From an uncultured Gammaproteobacteria bacterium (GTDB lineage: Bacteria; Patescibacteriota; Microgenomatia; Levybacterales; GWA1-39-11), in assembly GCA_964450885.1 (NCBI GenBank), contig CAYVFE010000002.1:81192-114493 (forward strand): a DNA stretch of 33,302 nucleotides, in the 5' to 3' direction. Positions 18,235 to 27,442 of this stretch are shown piece by piece (position 1 is the stretch's first letter; every line of letters begins with the position of its first letter). A model generated the notes under the pieces. It saw nothing but the letters and a program-made list of their open reading frames with translations, had not been told where the DNA came from and ran no database searches. The position numbers and the translations under genes were made by a program.

Positions 18235-18788
18235 TATGCTCTTTTAGTATAGCTTTTATCCCGCGTATCGACAACAATAGAATCGCCGATTTCTATAAAA
18301 AGAGGCACGCGAATATTCATTCCGTTCTCGAGGGTCGCATCCTTATATACATTGCTTGCAGAGTTTCCTTTGACACCCGGAGGAGTATCTGTAACCTTTA
18401 ATGTAACTTTTGGAGGCAGCATGATCCCCAAGGGATCGTTTTCATAGAATTGCAAGGTAGCCAAATCACCCTCCACCAGAAATTCGTGTCCGGGAATATT
18501 TGAAAGCGGAACATCTTTTTGCTCAAACGTCCGCGGGTCCATGAATGATGCGTTCTCAGAATCCTTATAGAGAAATTGCATCTCTTGATTTGTAAGCTGG
18601 ATACTGTCGACATTTGCGCCGTTTGTGTACCCTTTTTCTACAACTGATCCCGTCTTTAGATTTCGTACTTTTACTTTGATATTTGCGGATCCCCTACCCA
18701 TTTTTATGTGCTCATAGGAAATCACCTGGAGAAGTTCACTTCCCTCTCTGTAAGTTGTTCCTGATCGCAAATCTGTTACTGAAATCAT
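18234..18788 (-). CDS. efp: Elongation factor P
   Basis: DLRSG, KMGRG loop (Arg32), QFLY, DTPPGVKGNSA, LENG..I.VPLFI..GD.I.VDTR. Confidence 0.97.
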   Translation of the reverse strand: MISVTDLRSGTTYREGSELLQVISYEHIKMGRGSANIKVKVRNLKTGSVVEKGYTNGANVDSIQLTNQEMQFLYKDSENASFMDPRTFEQKDVPLSNIPGHEFLVEGDLATLQFYENDPLGIMLPPKVTLKVTDTPPGVKGNSASNVYKDATLENGMNIRVPLFIEIGDSIVVDTRDKSYTKRA

Positions 18789-18789
18789 A

Positions 18790-19752
18790 TTATTTTTTAG
18801 TGTTCCTTTTTACCCTGATAAGTCCTGAGCATGGAATTACCTCAACTCCTCTTTTTTCTATCTCGTCAAGGTATCTATTTGCACCGATGCTATCTGCTGC
18901 CATGTGACCACAATCTATTACATTTACGTGAAGTTTTTTTAGTTCCTGAACTGCCTCTTCCGGAACGTGCATCTCAACTACTGTCCCTACTCCTGCTTTT
19001 GCGAGTTCTATATATAGCTCTTTAGATGGATTCGTTCCTCCGGTAAAACTCACCACGACCTTTCCGGTTCTTGAGCTGGGGCTACCTGCCACTATGCTTG
19101 GCGCCGCCTTTCCTTTCAACGCCTCCATGAATTCTGGAATTTCGTTTATCGCATCCAGAAGCGCTCCCAGATTCTCGAACTTCTTTGCTTCGATATTCTT
19201 ATTCATGAAATCATTTCCCAGATTGTCCCATACGGTGTGAATTGCCATAAGTGGCATGTCCAAAAGCCTTGCGGTATCTACTGCCTGTGAATGATTCAGC
19301 GGACCTATCCCTCTCCTTACTCTGGATTTTCGTTCTTCAAAAAGAGAATGCGCAATATTTTCAGGGACACCGGCCTGAGCGTACATATCGACCTGGACAT
19401 CCATCACCTCATCAAGCGATGCGAGCGCGTTTCCTGTCGGATGGTGCGAGATCACGAGGTCAATCTTTTTGCCTTTATCAGAAAGTCTATCAGCAAGAAG
19501 CACCTCGGATCCATCTGCATCAATTCCAGCAAGCACCCTTTTTATCTCACGCTCAGGGTCTCCATACAAAACTCTCGTATCTGTATATGGATTCGTAAAG
19601 TTTTCGGTGTCGAAAATCTTCTTCTTTTTATCAGAAAGTTCTTTGTAGGATTTTTTGGCGTTGTTCAAGACTTTCTTAACCCCATCTTTACCTCTTGGAT
19701 CGGCACCTATGCCCATCTCGATCGCCAAATTGTACATGTCTTTCAACTTCAT
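18790..19752 (-). CDS. NIF3/NGG1-interacting-factor-like protein
   Basis: ENFTNPYTDTR, LAGID, ISHHP, HTVWDN, CGHMAADSIG motifs; start moved from 19797 to ATG 19752 (MKLKDMY). Confidence 0.8.
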   Translation of the reverse strand: MKLKDMYNLAIEMGIGADPRGKDGVKKVLNNAKKSYKELSDKKKKIFDTENFTNPYTDTRVLYGDPEREIKRVLAGIDADGSEVLLADRLSDKGKKIDLVISHHPTGNALASLDEVMDVQVDMYAQAGVPENIAHSLFEERKSRVRRGIGPLNHSQAVDTARLLDMPLMAIHTVWDNLGNDFMNKNIEAKKFENLGALLDAINEIPEFMEALKGKAAPSIVAGSPSSRTGKVVVSFTGGTNPSKELYIELAKAGVGTVVEMHVPEEAVQELKKLHVNVIDCGHMAADSIGANRYLDEIEKRGVEVIPCSGLIRVKRNTKK

Positions 19753-19819
19753 AATATTGTTTAAAACAAGTAAAAAGTATATAATAACTAGGCTCAAAAG
19801 TAAAGTCTTTTGGCAACTT

Positions 19820-19903
19820 GGGCGAGTGCTGGAATGGTATACAGGTTAGTCTCAAAAACTAATGGGAATTTTTCTCATGAGGGTTCGACTCCCTCCTCGC
19901 CCA
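19820..19903 (+). tRNA. tRNA-Leu(CAA)
   Basis: GGGCGAG/CTCGCCC-A acceptor, anticodon arm TTAGT-CT-CAA-AA-ACTAA, long variable arm, GAGGG-TTCGACT-CCCTC T arm; CCA not encoded. Confidence 0.96.
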
Positions 19904-20057
19904 CAAATTAAAAGTCACAGACTTTAGTCTGGGAGTTTTAATTATCGGAAGGATTCGAACGGCCGGACTGAGCGTTAGCGAAGGAGGCGGGGTCGCGAGT
20001 CCGAACGAAGTGAGGAACTTGTGACTCGACTCCCTCCTCGCCCACAAATTAAAAGTC
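19885..20057 (+). repeat. 32-bp direct repeat of the tRNA-Leu 3' end plus flank, enclosing a 109-bp structured insert
   Basis: TCGACTCCCTCCTCGCCCACAAATTAAAAGTC at 19885-19916 and 20026-20057. Confidence 0.93.
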
Positions 20058-20072
20058 GCAAGCCAATAAAAT

Positions 20073-21002
20073 CTATCTATAAAATCCTCTCACGTCTTCG
20101 GGTAAAAGTTCGGCAACTTTCCTCATCATAAAATCATTGACCGAGTTAAAGTCTGATATATCTATATCGTTACTAACAACATCCTCGATTTGAAAAACTT
20201 TTCCTATGTTTACGTAAGCAAGAGTTGATGGACGAAGCCCTATTTTTGATTTAACAAACTGAAACTTAGTCCTTACTGTCGGATCCGTTTTTCTGGGCTC
20301 AATTATCCTGTTTGCGTCAACAATGCCTGCGGGTAGAAATGCTATATTCCTTCCTGCCCTAACCGCTCCCCCGATTAGATCCGAAAACATCTTATTGTCT
20401 ACTTCCTGCAGCCCTTTCCTGCTGCCATCCTCACCTTTCATTCCACCCTCTGTGGTAGCTTCTGGAAAGAACATAAATCCTGCGTCACTTTGAAGAGTAT
20501 CCATTATCCTCTGCTGGCTTTGTCTAGTCTCTGATATCAACCTCCGTGCCGATTCAACATCTTTTTCACTGCGGTATTTCTTTAGGTCTTTAGACCTCGC
20601 AAGCGGGATGAAATGTACGTCCTCACTCTCCAGAACTGGTTTAAGCGAGTTAGTAAAATCAGCAAGACTTTTACCCTGGTCTCCTTGATCCAGCGAGTAA
20701 GCTGTCGCAACATACAAATCATCCGGTCTTATGGGAAGACGATTATAAATACCTCTAAATGCTGCGATATTAACGTGCTGGGTATGATTTGAATATATAA
20801 CGGGATAATCTCCCTCTAAAATTCTTTCAGAAAGAATGTTCAAAGAATCATATGGATCTCTAAATTCATGAAGTCGCTCTGCAAAATCAATTTGCTCTTT
20901 AGCTTTCTGTACTATTCCATCAAACACTATATTTTCATGTATATGCATTCCCCTCTCAGCAGTCATACGGTGTAATTTATAGGGAATTGTTGAAAAAGTC
21001 AA
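20073..21002 (-). CDS. Putative PlsC-like (lysophospholipid acyltransferase family) protein
   Basis: VIYSNHTQHVN (block I-like), MFFPEAT (block III-like), IAFLPAGI (block IV-like); start may be the ATG at 20966. Confidence 0.6.
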   Translation of the reverse strand: MTFSTIPYKLHRMTAERGMHIHENIVFDGIVQKAKEQIDFAERLHEFRDPYDSLNILSERILEGDYPVIYSNHTQHVNIAAFRGIYNRLPIRPDDLYVATAYSLDQGDQGKSLADFTNSLKPVLESEDVHFIPLARSKDLKKYRSEKDVESARRLISETRQSQQRIMDTLQSDAGFMFFPEATTEGGMKGEDGSRKGLQEVDNKMFSDLIGGAVRAGRNIAFLPAGIVDANRIIEPRKTDPTVRTKFQFVKSKIGLRPSTLAYVNIGKVFQIEDVVSNDIDISDFNSVNDFMMRKVAELLPEDVRGFYR

Positions 21003-21026
21003 AGAAAAGAATTACTATATTGCGTA

Positions 21027-21431
21027 ATGCTGGATTTTTTAAAGAAGATAAGCTACAAAAGATATGCGCTATATCTGATACGCTGGCAATTATCTACTCC
21101 ACTTCTAGCTCCTATCGTCGCATATTTTAAAGGGTCTACTTCTATCTTTGGCACAGCTGAGGACTGGTATGCTGCGACGATCGCAAATCTTATCGGGGCT
21201 CTTATTTTTTTCTGGGTTGATCAATACATCTTCACATCAAAAGCACTTGCTGCATCGTGGGAGGTTAGAGACAAGATCCGATGCGCAGACTGCGGAAGAT
21301 TGTGCCGCGGTTATAGGCTTGTCAAAAGCGATAACTATGACAAGACGCACGACAGATATCCAAAATTCAGATGTGAAGTGCACTCAAAGAGAAAAACAGC
21401 AAAGCTTCGAAAAAGCGGTATAAACGTTTAG
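21027..21431 (+). CDS. Hypothetical membrane protein with C-terminal Cys/His (Zn-binding-like) domain
   Basis: Hydrophobic N-half ending FFWVDQYIF, then CADCGRLC...CEVH. Confidence 0.8.
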   Translation: MLDFLKKISYKRYALYLIRWQLSTPLLAPIVAYFKGSTSIFGTAEDWYAATIANLIGALIFFWVDQYIFTSKALAASWEVRDKIRCADCGRLCRGYRLVKSDNYDKTHDRYPKFRCEVHSKRKTAKLRKSGINV

Positions 21432-21502
21432 TGGACCTGCGGGGAATTGAACCCCGACCACTGCAATGCGAATGCAGTATTGTACCGTTCAACCACAGGC
21501 CC
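21432..21502 (-). tRNA. tRNA-Ala(CGC)
   Basis: GGGCCTG/CAGGTCC-A acceptor with G3:U70 Ala identity pair, CTGCA-TT-CGC-AT-TGCAG anticodon arm, GTTCAAT T loop. Confidence 0.95.
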
Positions 21503-21519
21503 GCGGACCTAGATTGCGA

Positions 21520-22860
21520 CTAAGCAGGAGCTTCGCCAGCATCATTTCGTCTTCCCTCGATGTTATAAAATTTTATCTTGTCTCCCCGAAATAATAATTC
21601 CTTTTCTCCAACAGGACCATTTCTATGTTTTGCGATAAGCACATTTACGATCCTTTGAGATGTAAATTCCTCCTCAGGAGAGTAAAGAAACATCACGACA
21701 TCGGCATCCTGCTCTATCGCCCCAGATTCACGAAGATCTGCAAGCTGAGGTTTTCCTCCGCCCCGCTGCTCGACAGCACGGGAAAGTTGAGATACTCCAA
21801 TAACAGGAATCTTTAGTTCCCTTGCGATGTTTTTCAAGCTCTGAGAAATGTAGCTGACCTCTTGCACGCGGCTCTCAAACTTCCTACCAGGATTTACGAG
21901 TTGTAGATAGTCGACAATCAAAAGCCTTAATCCGTGCTCCGCGTGAAGACGTCTGGCTTTAGACCTCATATCAGCAACTGTAAGCCCCGGTGTATCATCA
22001 ATAAATATAGGAGCTTCTGCAAGAGATCCCATCGCGCGCGATAGTGCCTCATAATCACCGTCAGACATCTTTCCTGTCTTGAGTCTCCAAGCGTCTATCT
22101 CTGACTGACTCACGAGAAGTCTATCGACTAGCTCCTCTTTGCTCATCTCGAGAGAAAAAATCCCGACCGGATGCTTATTAACAGAGCCTACAAATTGCGA
22201 GATGTTGATCGTAAACGCGGTCTTTCCCTGACCAGGACGAGCTGCCAGAATTATGAGGTTTGAATTTTGGAGCCCTGAGAGGATGTTGTCTATATCGATA
22301 AATCCGGTCTCAAGCCCCCTGAGCCCTTCACCTGTTTTATGTAACTCGTCTAATCTATCAAAACTTTCGGCCAGAGTTTCTTTTAGCTGTATAAAGCCTT
22401 GGGAAATATGCTGTTGTGATACCTTAAATATCTCGGCTTCTGCCTCGTCCAGAATTTCTGATGCTTCCTTTTCCTCCTCAAATGCCTTATCAGTCATCCG
22501 TGATCCCATCTGGATCAGTGATCGTCTGATGTAAGCATCCTTGACTATCTGTGCATAGTGCTCACTATTTGCAGAAGTCGGAACAACATTCGTGAGCTCT
22601 GACAGATAAGATGCTCCACCGATGTCTTTTATGAGCTTTCTTTTCTTGAGACTATTCGTGAGAGTCAGAATATCTATAGGCTTTCTTTCATCATAAAGTA
22701 TAAGCATAGATTCATAGATAATCTTATGCTTTTCCTCATAAAAATACTCTGAGAACACAAGCTGTGAAAGAGATGTCATGATATCTTTGTCTATCAGGAT
22801 AGATCCGAGGATAGCCTGCTCCGCTTCATTATCATGTGGAGGAACCCTAACTACTGCCAT
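21520..22860 (-). CDS. dnaB: Replicative DNA helicase
   Basis: PPHDNEAEQAILGSIL, LAARPGQGKT (Walker A), LIVDYLQL, LSQLSR, DLRESGAIEQDAD, KHRNGP. Confidence 0.98.
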   Translation of the reverse strand: MAVVRVPPHDNEAEQAILGSILIDKDIMTSLSQLVFSEYFYEEKHKIIYESMLILYDERKPIDILTLTNSLKKRKLIKDIGGASYLSELTNVVPTSANSEHYAQIVKDAYIRRSLIQMGSRMTDKAFEEEKEASEILDEAEAEIFKVSQQHISQGFIQLKETLAESFDRLDELHKTGEGLRGLETGFIDIDNILSGLQNSNLIILAARPGQGKTAFTINISQFVGSVNKHPVGIFSLEMSKEELVDRLLVSQSEIDAWRLKTGKMSDGDYEALSRAMGSLAEAPIFIDDTPGLTVADMRSKARRLHAEHGLRLLIVDYLQLVNPGRKFESRVQEVSYISQSLKNIARELKIPVIGVSQLSRAVEQRGGGKPQLADLRESGAIEQDADVVMFLYSPEEEFTSQRIVNVLIAKHRNGPVGEKELLFRGDKIKFYNIEGRRNDAGEAPA

Positions 22861-22865
22861 ATCGT

Positions 22866-23348
22866 CTATTGGAGTATGTAAATATTTTTTTCTTCTGGAG
22901 TGATTTTTTTCAGATTCACATTCTTTATTTTTTCCGCCTCAATTTTTCCATCCAGAACATTTCCTTTATCGAGGTAAATCGTCGGATAAGAAATCTTATT
23001 TATCTTTGTGGGATCCAATTTTTCGTTTGTCTCGATTACTACAGCATCATACATTGCGTCCTCAGGAATATCTGAAATACCATCGCTGCCGGTAAAATAG
23101 ACTTCCCTGTCGTTGTATGAGATAACGAATGACAGAACGCCATTTTTCTTAATGCCTTTTATATATATGCCGGCAGATTCATACTCTCCTGGACCCTCGA
23201 TGATAAGTCTTTCATCATTCGTCTCGGATTCTCCTTGTGTGTCTGTATATATAACTATTCCACTATCAACTTCGCTTGCTGGGTTTATGAATACACCGGA
23301 ATTTCCTGCGCCTACCTTTACTCCATTTGAATGTTTTGAAATGTCCAT
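22866..23348 (-). CDS. Hypothetical protein, possibly a degenerate MBL-fold protein
   Basis: IIEGPGEYESAGIYIKG resembles short CPR beta-lactamase-fold proteins, but no HxHxDH motif; sits immediately upstream of dnaB. Confidence 0.65.
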   Translation of the reverse strand: MDISKHSNGVKVGAGNSGVFINPASEVDSGIVIYTDTQGESETNDERLIIEGPGEYESAGIYIKGIKKNGVLSFVISYNDREVYFTGSDGISDIPEDAMYDAVVIETNEKLDPTKINKISYPTIYLDKGNVLDGKIEAEKIKNVNLKKITPEEKNIYILQ

Positions 23349-23387
23349 CGTTAATTTAGTATTCTATCCTACCACAATAAAAATTTC

Positions 23388-23416
23388 TTGACAACATAAT
23401 TTTTTTAAACTAATAT
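23388..23416 (+). promoter_or_regulatory. Putative sigma70 promoter
   Basis: TTGACA, 17 nt, TAATAT, 10 nt upstream of the ATG at 23427. Confidence 0.55.
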
Positions 23417-23426
23417 AGGGTACTTC

Positions 23427-23849
23427 ATGAAGGAGAGGTTGATAATAATTGTGCTCGCAATAATCTCAGGACTGATCATAACGACAGTCGCTTTTTTCGT
23501 ATATCAAAACTTCATATCATCAACAGATTCTGCGACAGACAAAAGACCGGTTGTAGCTGATGAACCAGAACGCACTGACAACTTACTGCTGGAAGTCTCG
23601 CAACCTACAGACGGAAGCCTCACAGATAATAGAAGTATTTCGGTAAAAGGAACGACAAATCCGGAAAATGTAGTTATCGTCTCATCCAATCAGGAGGACA
23701 ACTCAGGAAAACCATCGGGTGACGGAAACTTCTCGATAACTATCGATATTGATGCAGGAGCAAATTTTTTGATAGTAAGAAGTATCGCGCCAGATGGAAG
23801 TGAAATAAGCAAAGAAATTGTTGTAACATATACTACGGAAGAATTCTAA
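23427..23849 (+). CDS. Membrane-anchored protein with Ig-like beta-sandwich domain
   Basis: N-terminal TM helix; LEVSQP.DG.....I.VKGTT....V.V.....F...I.I..GAN...V pattern. Confidence 0.8.
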   Translation: MKERLIIIVLAIISGLIITTVAFFVYQNFISSTDSATDKRPVVADEPERTDNLLLEVSQPTDGSLTDNRSISVKGTTNPENVVIVSSNQEDNSGKPSGDGNFSITIDIDAGANFLIVRSIAPDGSEISKEIVVTYTTEEF

Positions 23850-23850
23850 A

Positions 23851-24633
23851 ATGAAAAAGATTATTTTTATATTACTTACTATTGCCATAATCATCCTCCC
23901 GACTGCAGTAAGCGCACAGGAAGAAACCGAAGAACCTACTGCCGCACCGTCCACTAATCAAATTCCAGAAAGCGATGAAGAAATCGAAAGGGTTCAAAGA
24001 ATAAAAGACATCGTAGCCAGCAAAGTTGCAGAACTAAATCTGGTGGAGAAAAGAGGAATCATCGCGAGCGTTGTTGAAGTATCCAGTACTGAAATAAGAG
24101 GAATAGACAATAAAGGAAATGAGATAACTATAGATGTTGACGAGTTGACGAATTTCGATTTTGATGATGAGGACTTTGGGATCTCAGACCTGACGACTGG
24201 TGAAATCTACTCATTCATAGGACTTTACAATAAAGACAGCGAGACTCTTCTTGCAAGATTTATCGCTGAGGCCGATTCTATTCCTGACTACATCGGAGGG
24301 GCTATCACATCAATAAACGAAGACGATTTTCAAGTCGAAGTCGTAGATAAGAACGGAAAAACCACAATAATCGATATAGAAAGTTCTACCGACACGATGC
24401 TCGTTGATGAAAATGGTGCGCTTGAAGAATCCGGATTTTCGGGATTGTCAGTAAACCAGAGAATTATCGTGGTAGGTTTTGAAACAGATGACGAAATAGT
24501 GTCTGCTACAAGAGTCATCCACTTTGCCGATATCCCTCCTTCCTCAGAAGTCCTTGCCAACTTAAAAACAGAAACAACGACAGCAACAGGAAGTAGCAAT
24601 ACTGTCGAAATACTGGAAGTTGAAGAAGAATAA
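23851..24633 (+). CDS. Secreted acidic hypothetical protein with two repeated beta-rich units
   Basis: Signal peptide (..TAVSA|QEE); two similar units (GIIASV..S.T.I...D..G....I.VD..T / GAITSI..DDF.V...D..G.T..IDI..ST). Confidence 0.8.
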   Translation: MKKIIFILLTIAIIILPTAVSAQEETEEPTAAPSTNQIPESDEEIERVQRIKDIVASKVAELNLVEKRGIIASVVEVSSTEIRGIDNKGNEITIDVDELTNFDFDDEDFGISDLTTGEIYSFIGLYNKDSETLLARFIAEADSIPDYIGGAITSINEDDFQVEVVDKNGKTTIIDIESSTDTMLVDENGALEESGFSGLSVNQRIIVVGFETDDEIVSATRVIHFADIPPSSEVLANLKTETTTATGSSNTVEILEVEEE

Positions 24634-24634
24634 A

Positions 24635-26017
24635 TTATATCCGCTTTAAAACCCTACTTTTCTTTTCGCCGTCTTCTATAATGTATCCCATCTTCTCTAT
24701 CTTCATCCTAAATTGATCGGCCACCAGATACTTCTTTTGCTTCCGCATGGAGTCCCTCTCACGGCTCATCTCTTTTATATTCTCCGGTACGTCCATCACG
24801 ATTTTTGCATTCTCAAAAATACTCAGTCCGAGTATTTGATCCATCAGCTTTAGTGTTCCTATTTTTCTGCTTTCACTTTCTTTACTGCGAATAAGCTCCC
24901 ACATAACAGCTACTGCTTTTGGCATGTTAAGGTCAGACTCTACTGCTTCCATAAATTTTGCTTCGTATTTATTTGATACTTCGTTGCTATTTGGATTTTT
25001 TGCCACAAAATCAAGGAGCTTCATATAAGCGCTTCTTGCTGACTTAAGACTATCCCAGGTAAAGTTCATATAACTTCTATAGTGCGTTAGATATGTGAGG
25101 TATCTAAAATCCATTGGGCTAAATCCTCTTTCCTGTAGGTCTTTTAATATGTACACATTCTTTTTGGATCTGCTCATCTTCTCGTCGTCAACCAAAAGAT
25201 AGCTCGTGTGCATAAAATATTTCGAAAAAGTTTTCCCCGAAAAAGCTTCGCTTTGCGCTATCTCATCTTCGTGATGGGGGAAAATCAAATCTTCCCCTCC
25301 TAAATGGATATCAAAGCTTATCCCCAAATACTTCATCGACATAACTGAGCACTCTATGTGCCATCCAGGAACTCCCTTTCCCCAAGGACTATCCCAACTC
25401 ATCACCCTATCCTCTTGGGCCTTCCATAAAGCAAAGTCCGCACTGTCTTTTTTATCGGTTTCTTTAGATACGCGCACAGCTTCAAGTAGTGCGTCTGCCT
25501 TATCTAAAGTATTACCCGAAAGCTTTCCATATGAATCGAATTTTTTTACATCAAAATATACGTCGCCATTTGTCTCGTAAGCAAATCCTTTATCGATCAA
25601 AACCTCGATCACCTCAATCATTTCTTTTATATGCTCGGAGGCTTGGGGTAGCTCGCTTGACGGTTCTATATTTAGATTCTTTGCATCTTTGAGGAATTTT
25701 TCTGTATATCTTCCGGACAATTCCAGAGGAGTTATGCCTAAAGAGTTTGCCTCGTCAACGATTGGGTCTATAACCTTGTTCTTCTCATCGGAAAACCTAA
25801 AATGCCCAACATCAGTTATGTTCATGACACTTTTGACATCAAGATCCTTGTACCTAAGAAGGCGGACCAGAACATCAGTTGTCAGATAGGTCCGGAAATT
25901 TCCGATATGAACATCACGGTATACTGTAGGACCGCAAGTATAGATCCCTACCTTTCCAGTAGTTATCGTCTCAAAATCCTCCAAGTTTTTTGATAATGTG
26001 TTGTAAATTCTTACCAT
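24635..26017 (-). CDS. cysS: Cysteine--tRNA ligase
   Basis: CGPTVY, HIGN, DFALWK, SPWGKGVPGWHIECS, FPHHEDE, KMSRS. Confidence 0.98.
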   Translation of the reverse strand: MVRIYNTLSKNLEDFETITTGKVGIYTCGPTVYRDVHIGNFRTYLTTDVLVRLLRYKDLDVKSVMNITDVGHFRFSDEKNKVIDPIVDEANSLGITPLELSGRYTEKFLKDAKNLNIEPSSELPQASEHIKEMIEVIEVLIDKGFAYETNGDVYFDVKKFDSYGKLSGNTLDKADALLEAVRVSKETDKKDSADFALWKAQEDRVMSWDSPWGKGVPGWHIECSVMSMKYLGISFDIHLGGEDLIFPHHEDEIAQSEAFSGKTFSKYFMHTSYLLVDDEKMSRSKKNVYILKDLQERGFSPMDFRYLTYLTHYRSYMNFTWDSLKSARSAYMKLLDFVAKNPNSNEVSNKYEAKFMEAVESDLNMPKAVAVMWELIRSKESESRKIGTLKLMDQILGLSIFENAKIVMDVPENIKEMSRERDSMRKQKKYLVADQFRMKIEKMGYIIEDGEKKSRVLKRI

Positions 26018-26054
26018 GAGGCAATTTTAGCAGAATGAGGTTGAATTAGAAAGA

Positions 26055-27353
26055 CTAACGGCTAAGCTCCTGAACTGCTCTTATTATCTGATTATCCAGT
26101 TCCTTCTCCTCGAGATCTGCGCTTGCAGATGCATCGTATTCGACCAAGATATCTGGATCAAGTCCTTCTGTCGCATTTACCCAATTACCGTTTGGAGTGA
26201 GCCATTTGGCAACCGACACATGAACACTTGCACCATCCGCGACATCGACGGGCTGCTGAATCGTTCCTTTTCCAAATGACTTTTCTCCAAGCAGTGTAGC
26301 GCGGCCATTATCCCGTAGCGCACCTGCAAGTATTTCTGATGCTGAAGCACTGCCTTTATTCGTCAGAACTATCACAGGCAAGTCCAACATCACTCCAGTC
26401 CTCTCCACATTCAAAGGAACTCTTCTCCCGCGACCATCTTCCTGAATCACTACAGTCTTTCCGGACGGTATGAACTCGGACGCGATATATACGGCATCAT
26501 CCAAGATGCCTCCAGGATTTGATCTTACGTCAACTATGACACCACCGAAATTGTTTGACGAAGTAATCTGAGGCATCAATTTGTTCACCTTGTTCATCCA
26601 CTCATCATTCGTCTTCTCACCAAATTGTGAAAGCCTCAAGTATGCTATATCAACACAATTAGTACAGTCCACTACTTCCTGACACGAAGAACCATTGCAG
26701 CTAAATGACCTGAACCATGATGTGACACTCTCAAGCTCTATGACGTCCCTGACTATCTCGATATCTACAAGATCCTGCGCATCATCATGAAGCACAGTTA
26801 GAGTTACGGTCGTACCCCGCTCGCCACGTATATTTTCAACCGCCTTTGGCAAGTCCCACCCGGCAGTCGATTCACCGTCAACCTTTGCGATGATATCTCC
26901 ACTTCTTATTCCAGCTCTCTTTGCAGGCGATCCATCGAGAGGCGCAACAACTGTCACCTGATTATCTTCATTTAGGGAAAGCTCTGCTCCGATTCCTGAA
27001 AATTCTCCCGCCAGTTGAGTCTTGAATCCCTCGTTTTCTTTAGGTGGGAAAAATGACGTATATGGATCGTCGAGACTACTTAACATTCCTGAGATAGCGC
27101 CATAAAGCATCTTTGTAGCGTCTATTTTTGTCTTATCGTAATACTTTTCATTTACCTCAGAAAGTACAGTATAAAAAAGCCCCATATCGAGGCTTTGCGC
27201 GTTAGGGACGTCCTGATTTTTAATCTCGAGTATCGGACGGAAATTCTCCCAACGGGCATTTATCTGGAAGCGTCCAAATCCATACCCTACACCAATGGAA
27301 ATAAGGACTATCAAAACTACATGAAATAGGCGTAAATTCAGTCTTTTTTTCAT
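26055..27353 (-). CDS. S41 family C-terminal processing protease with PDZ domain
   Basis: LDDPYT, FSGIGAEL, PDZ (GSPAKRAGIRSGDII), VDVRSNPGG, SASASE (Ser), FGKG (Lys). Confidence 0.95.
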   Translation of the reverse strand: MKKRLNLRLFHVVLIVLISIGVGYGFGRFQINARWENFRPILEIKNQDVPNAQSLDMGLFYTVLSEVNEKYYDKTKIDATKMLYGAISGMLSSLDDPYTSFFPPKENEGFKTQLAGEFSGIGAELSLNEDNQVTVVAPLDGSPAKRAGIRSGDIIAKVDGESTAGWDLPKAVENIRGERGTTVTLTVLHDDAQDLVDIEIVRDVIELESVTSWFRSFSCNGSSCQEVVDCTNCVDIAYLRLSQFGEKTNDEWMNKVNKLMPQITSSNNFGGVIVDVRSNPGGILDDAVYIASEFIPSGKTVVIQEDGRGRRVPLNVERTGVMLDLPVIVLTNKGSASASEILAGALRDNGRATLLGEKSFGKGTIQQPVDVADGASVHVSVAKWLTPNGNWVNATEGLDPDILVEYDASASADLEEKELDNQIIRAVQELSR

Positions 27354-27442
27354 ATAATGAAACTACAGGAATAACGTTTAGGGGTTTAGTTTAACATGAA
27401 TCAAACTACCCGTGCAATCGAGAAATTATAACCAGGAGAAAA

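Noticed and set aside
19947-20044. Second tRNA gene downstream of tRNA-Leu
   Set aside because: Only the T-loop and acceptor 3' strand are present; there is no matching 5' acceptor strand, D arm or anticodon arm.
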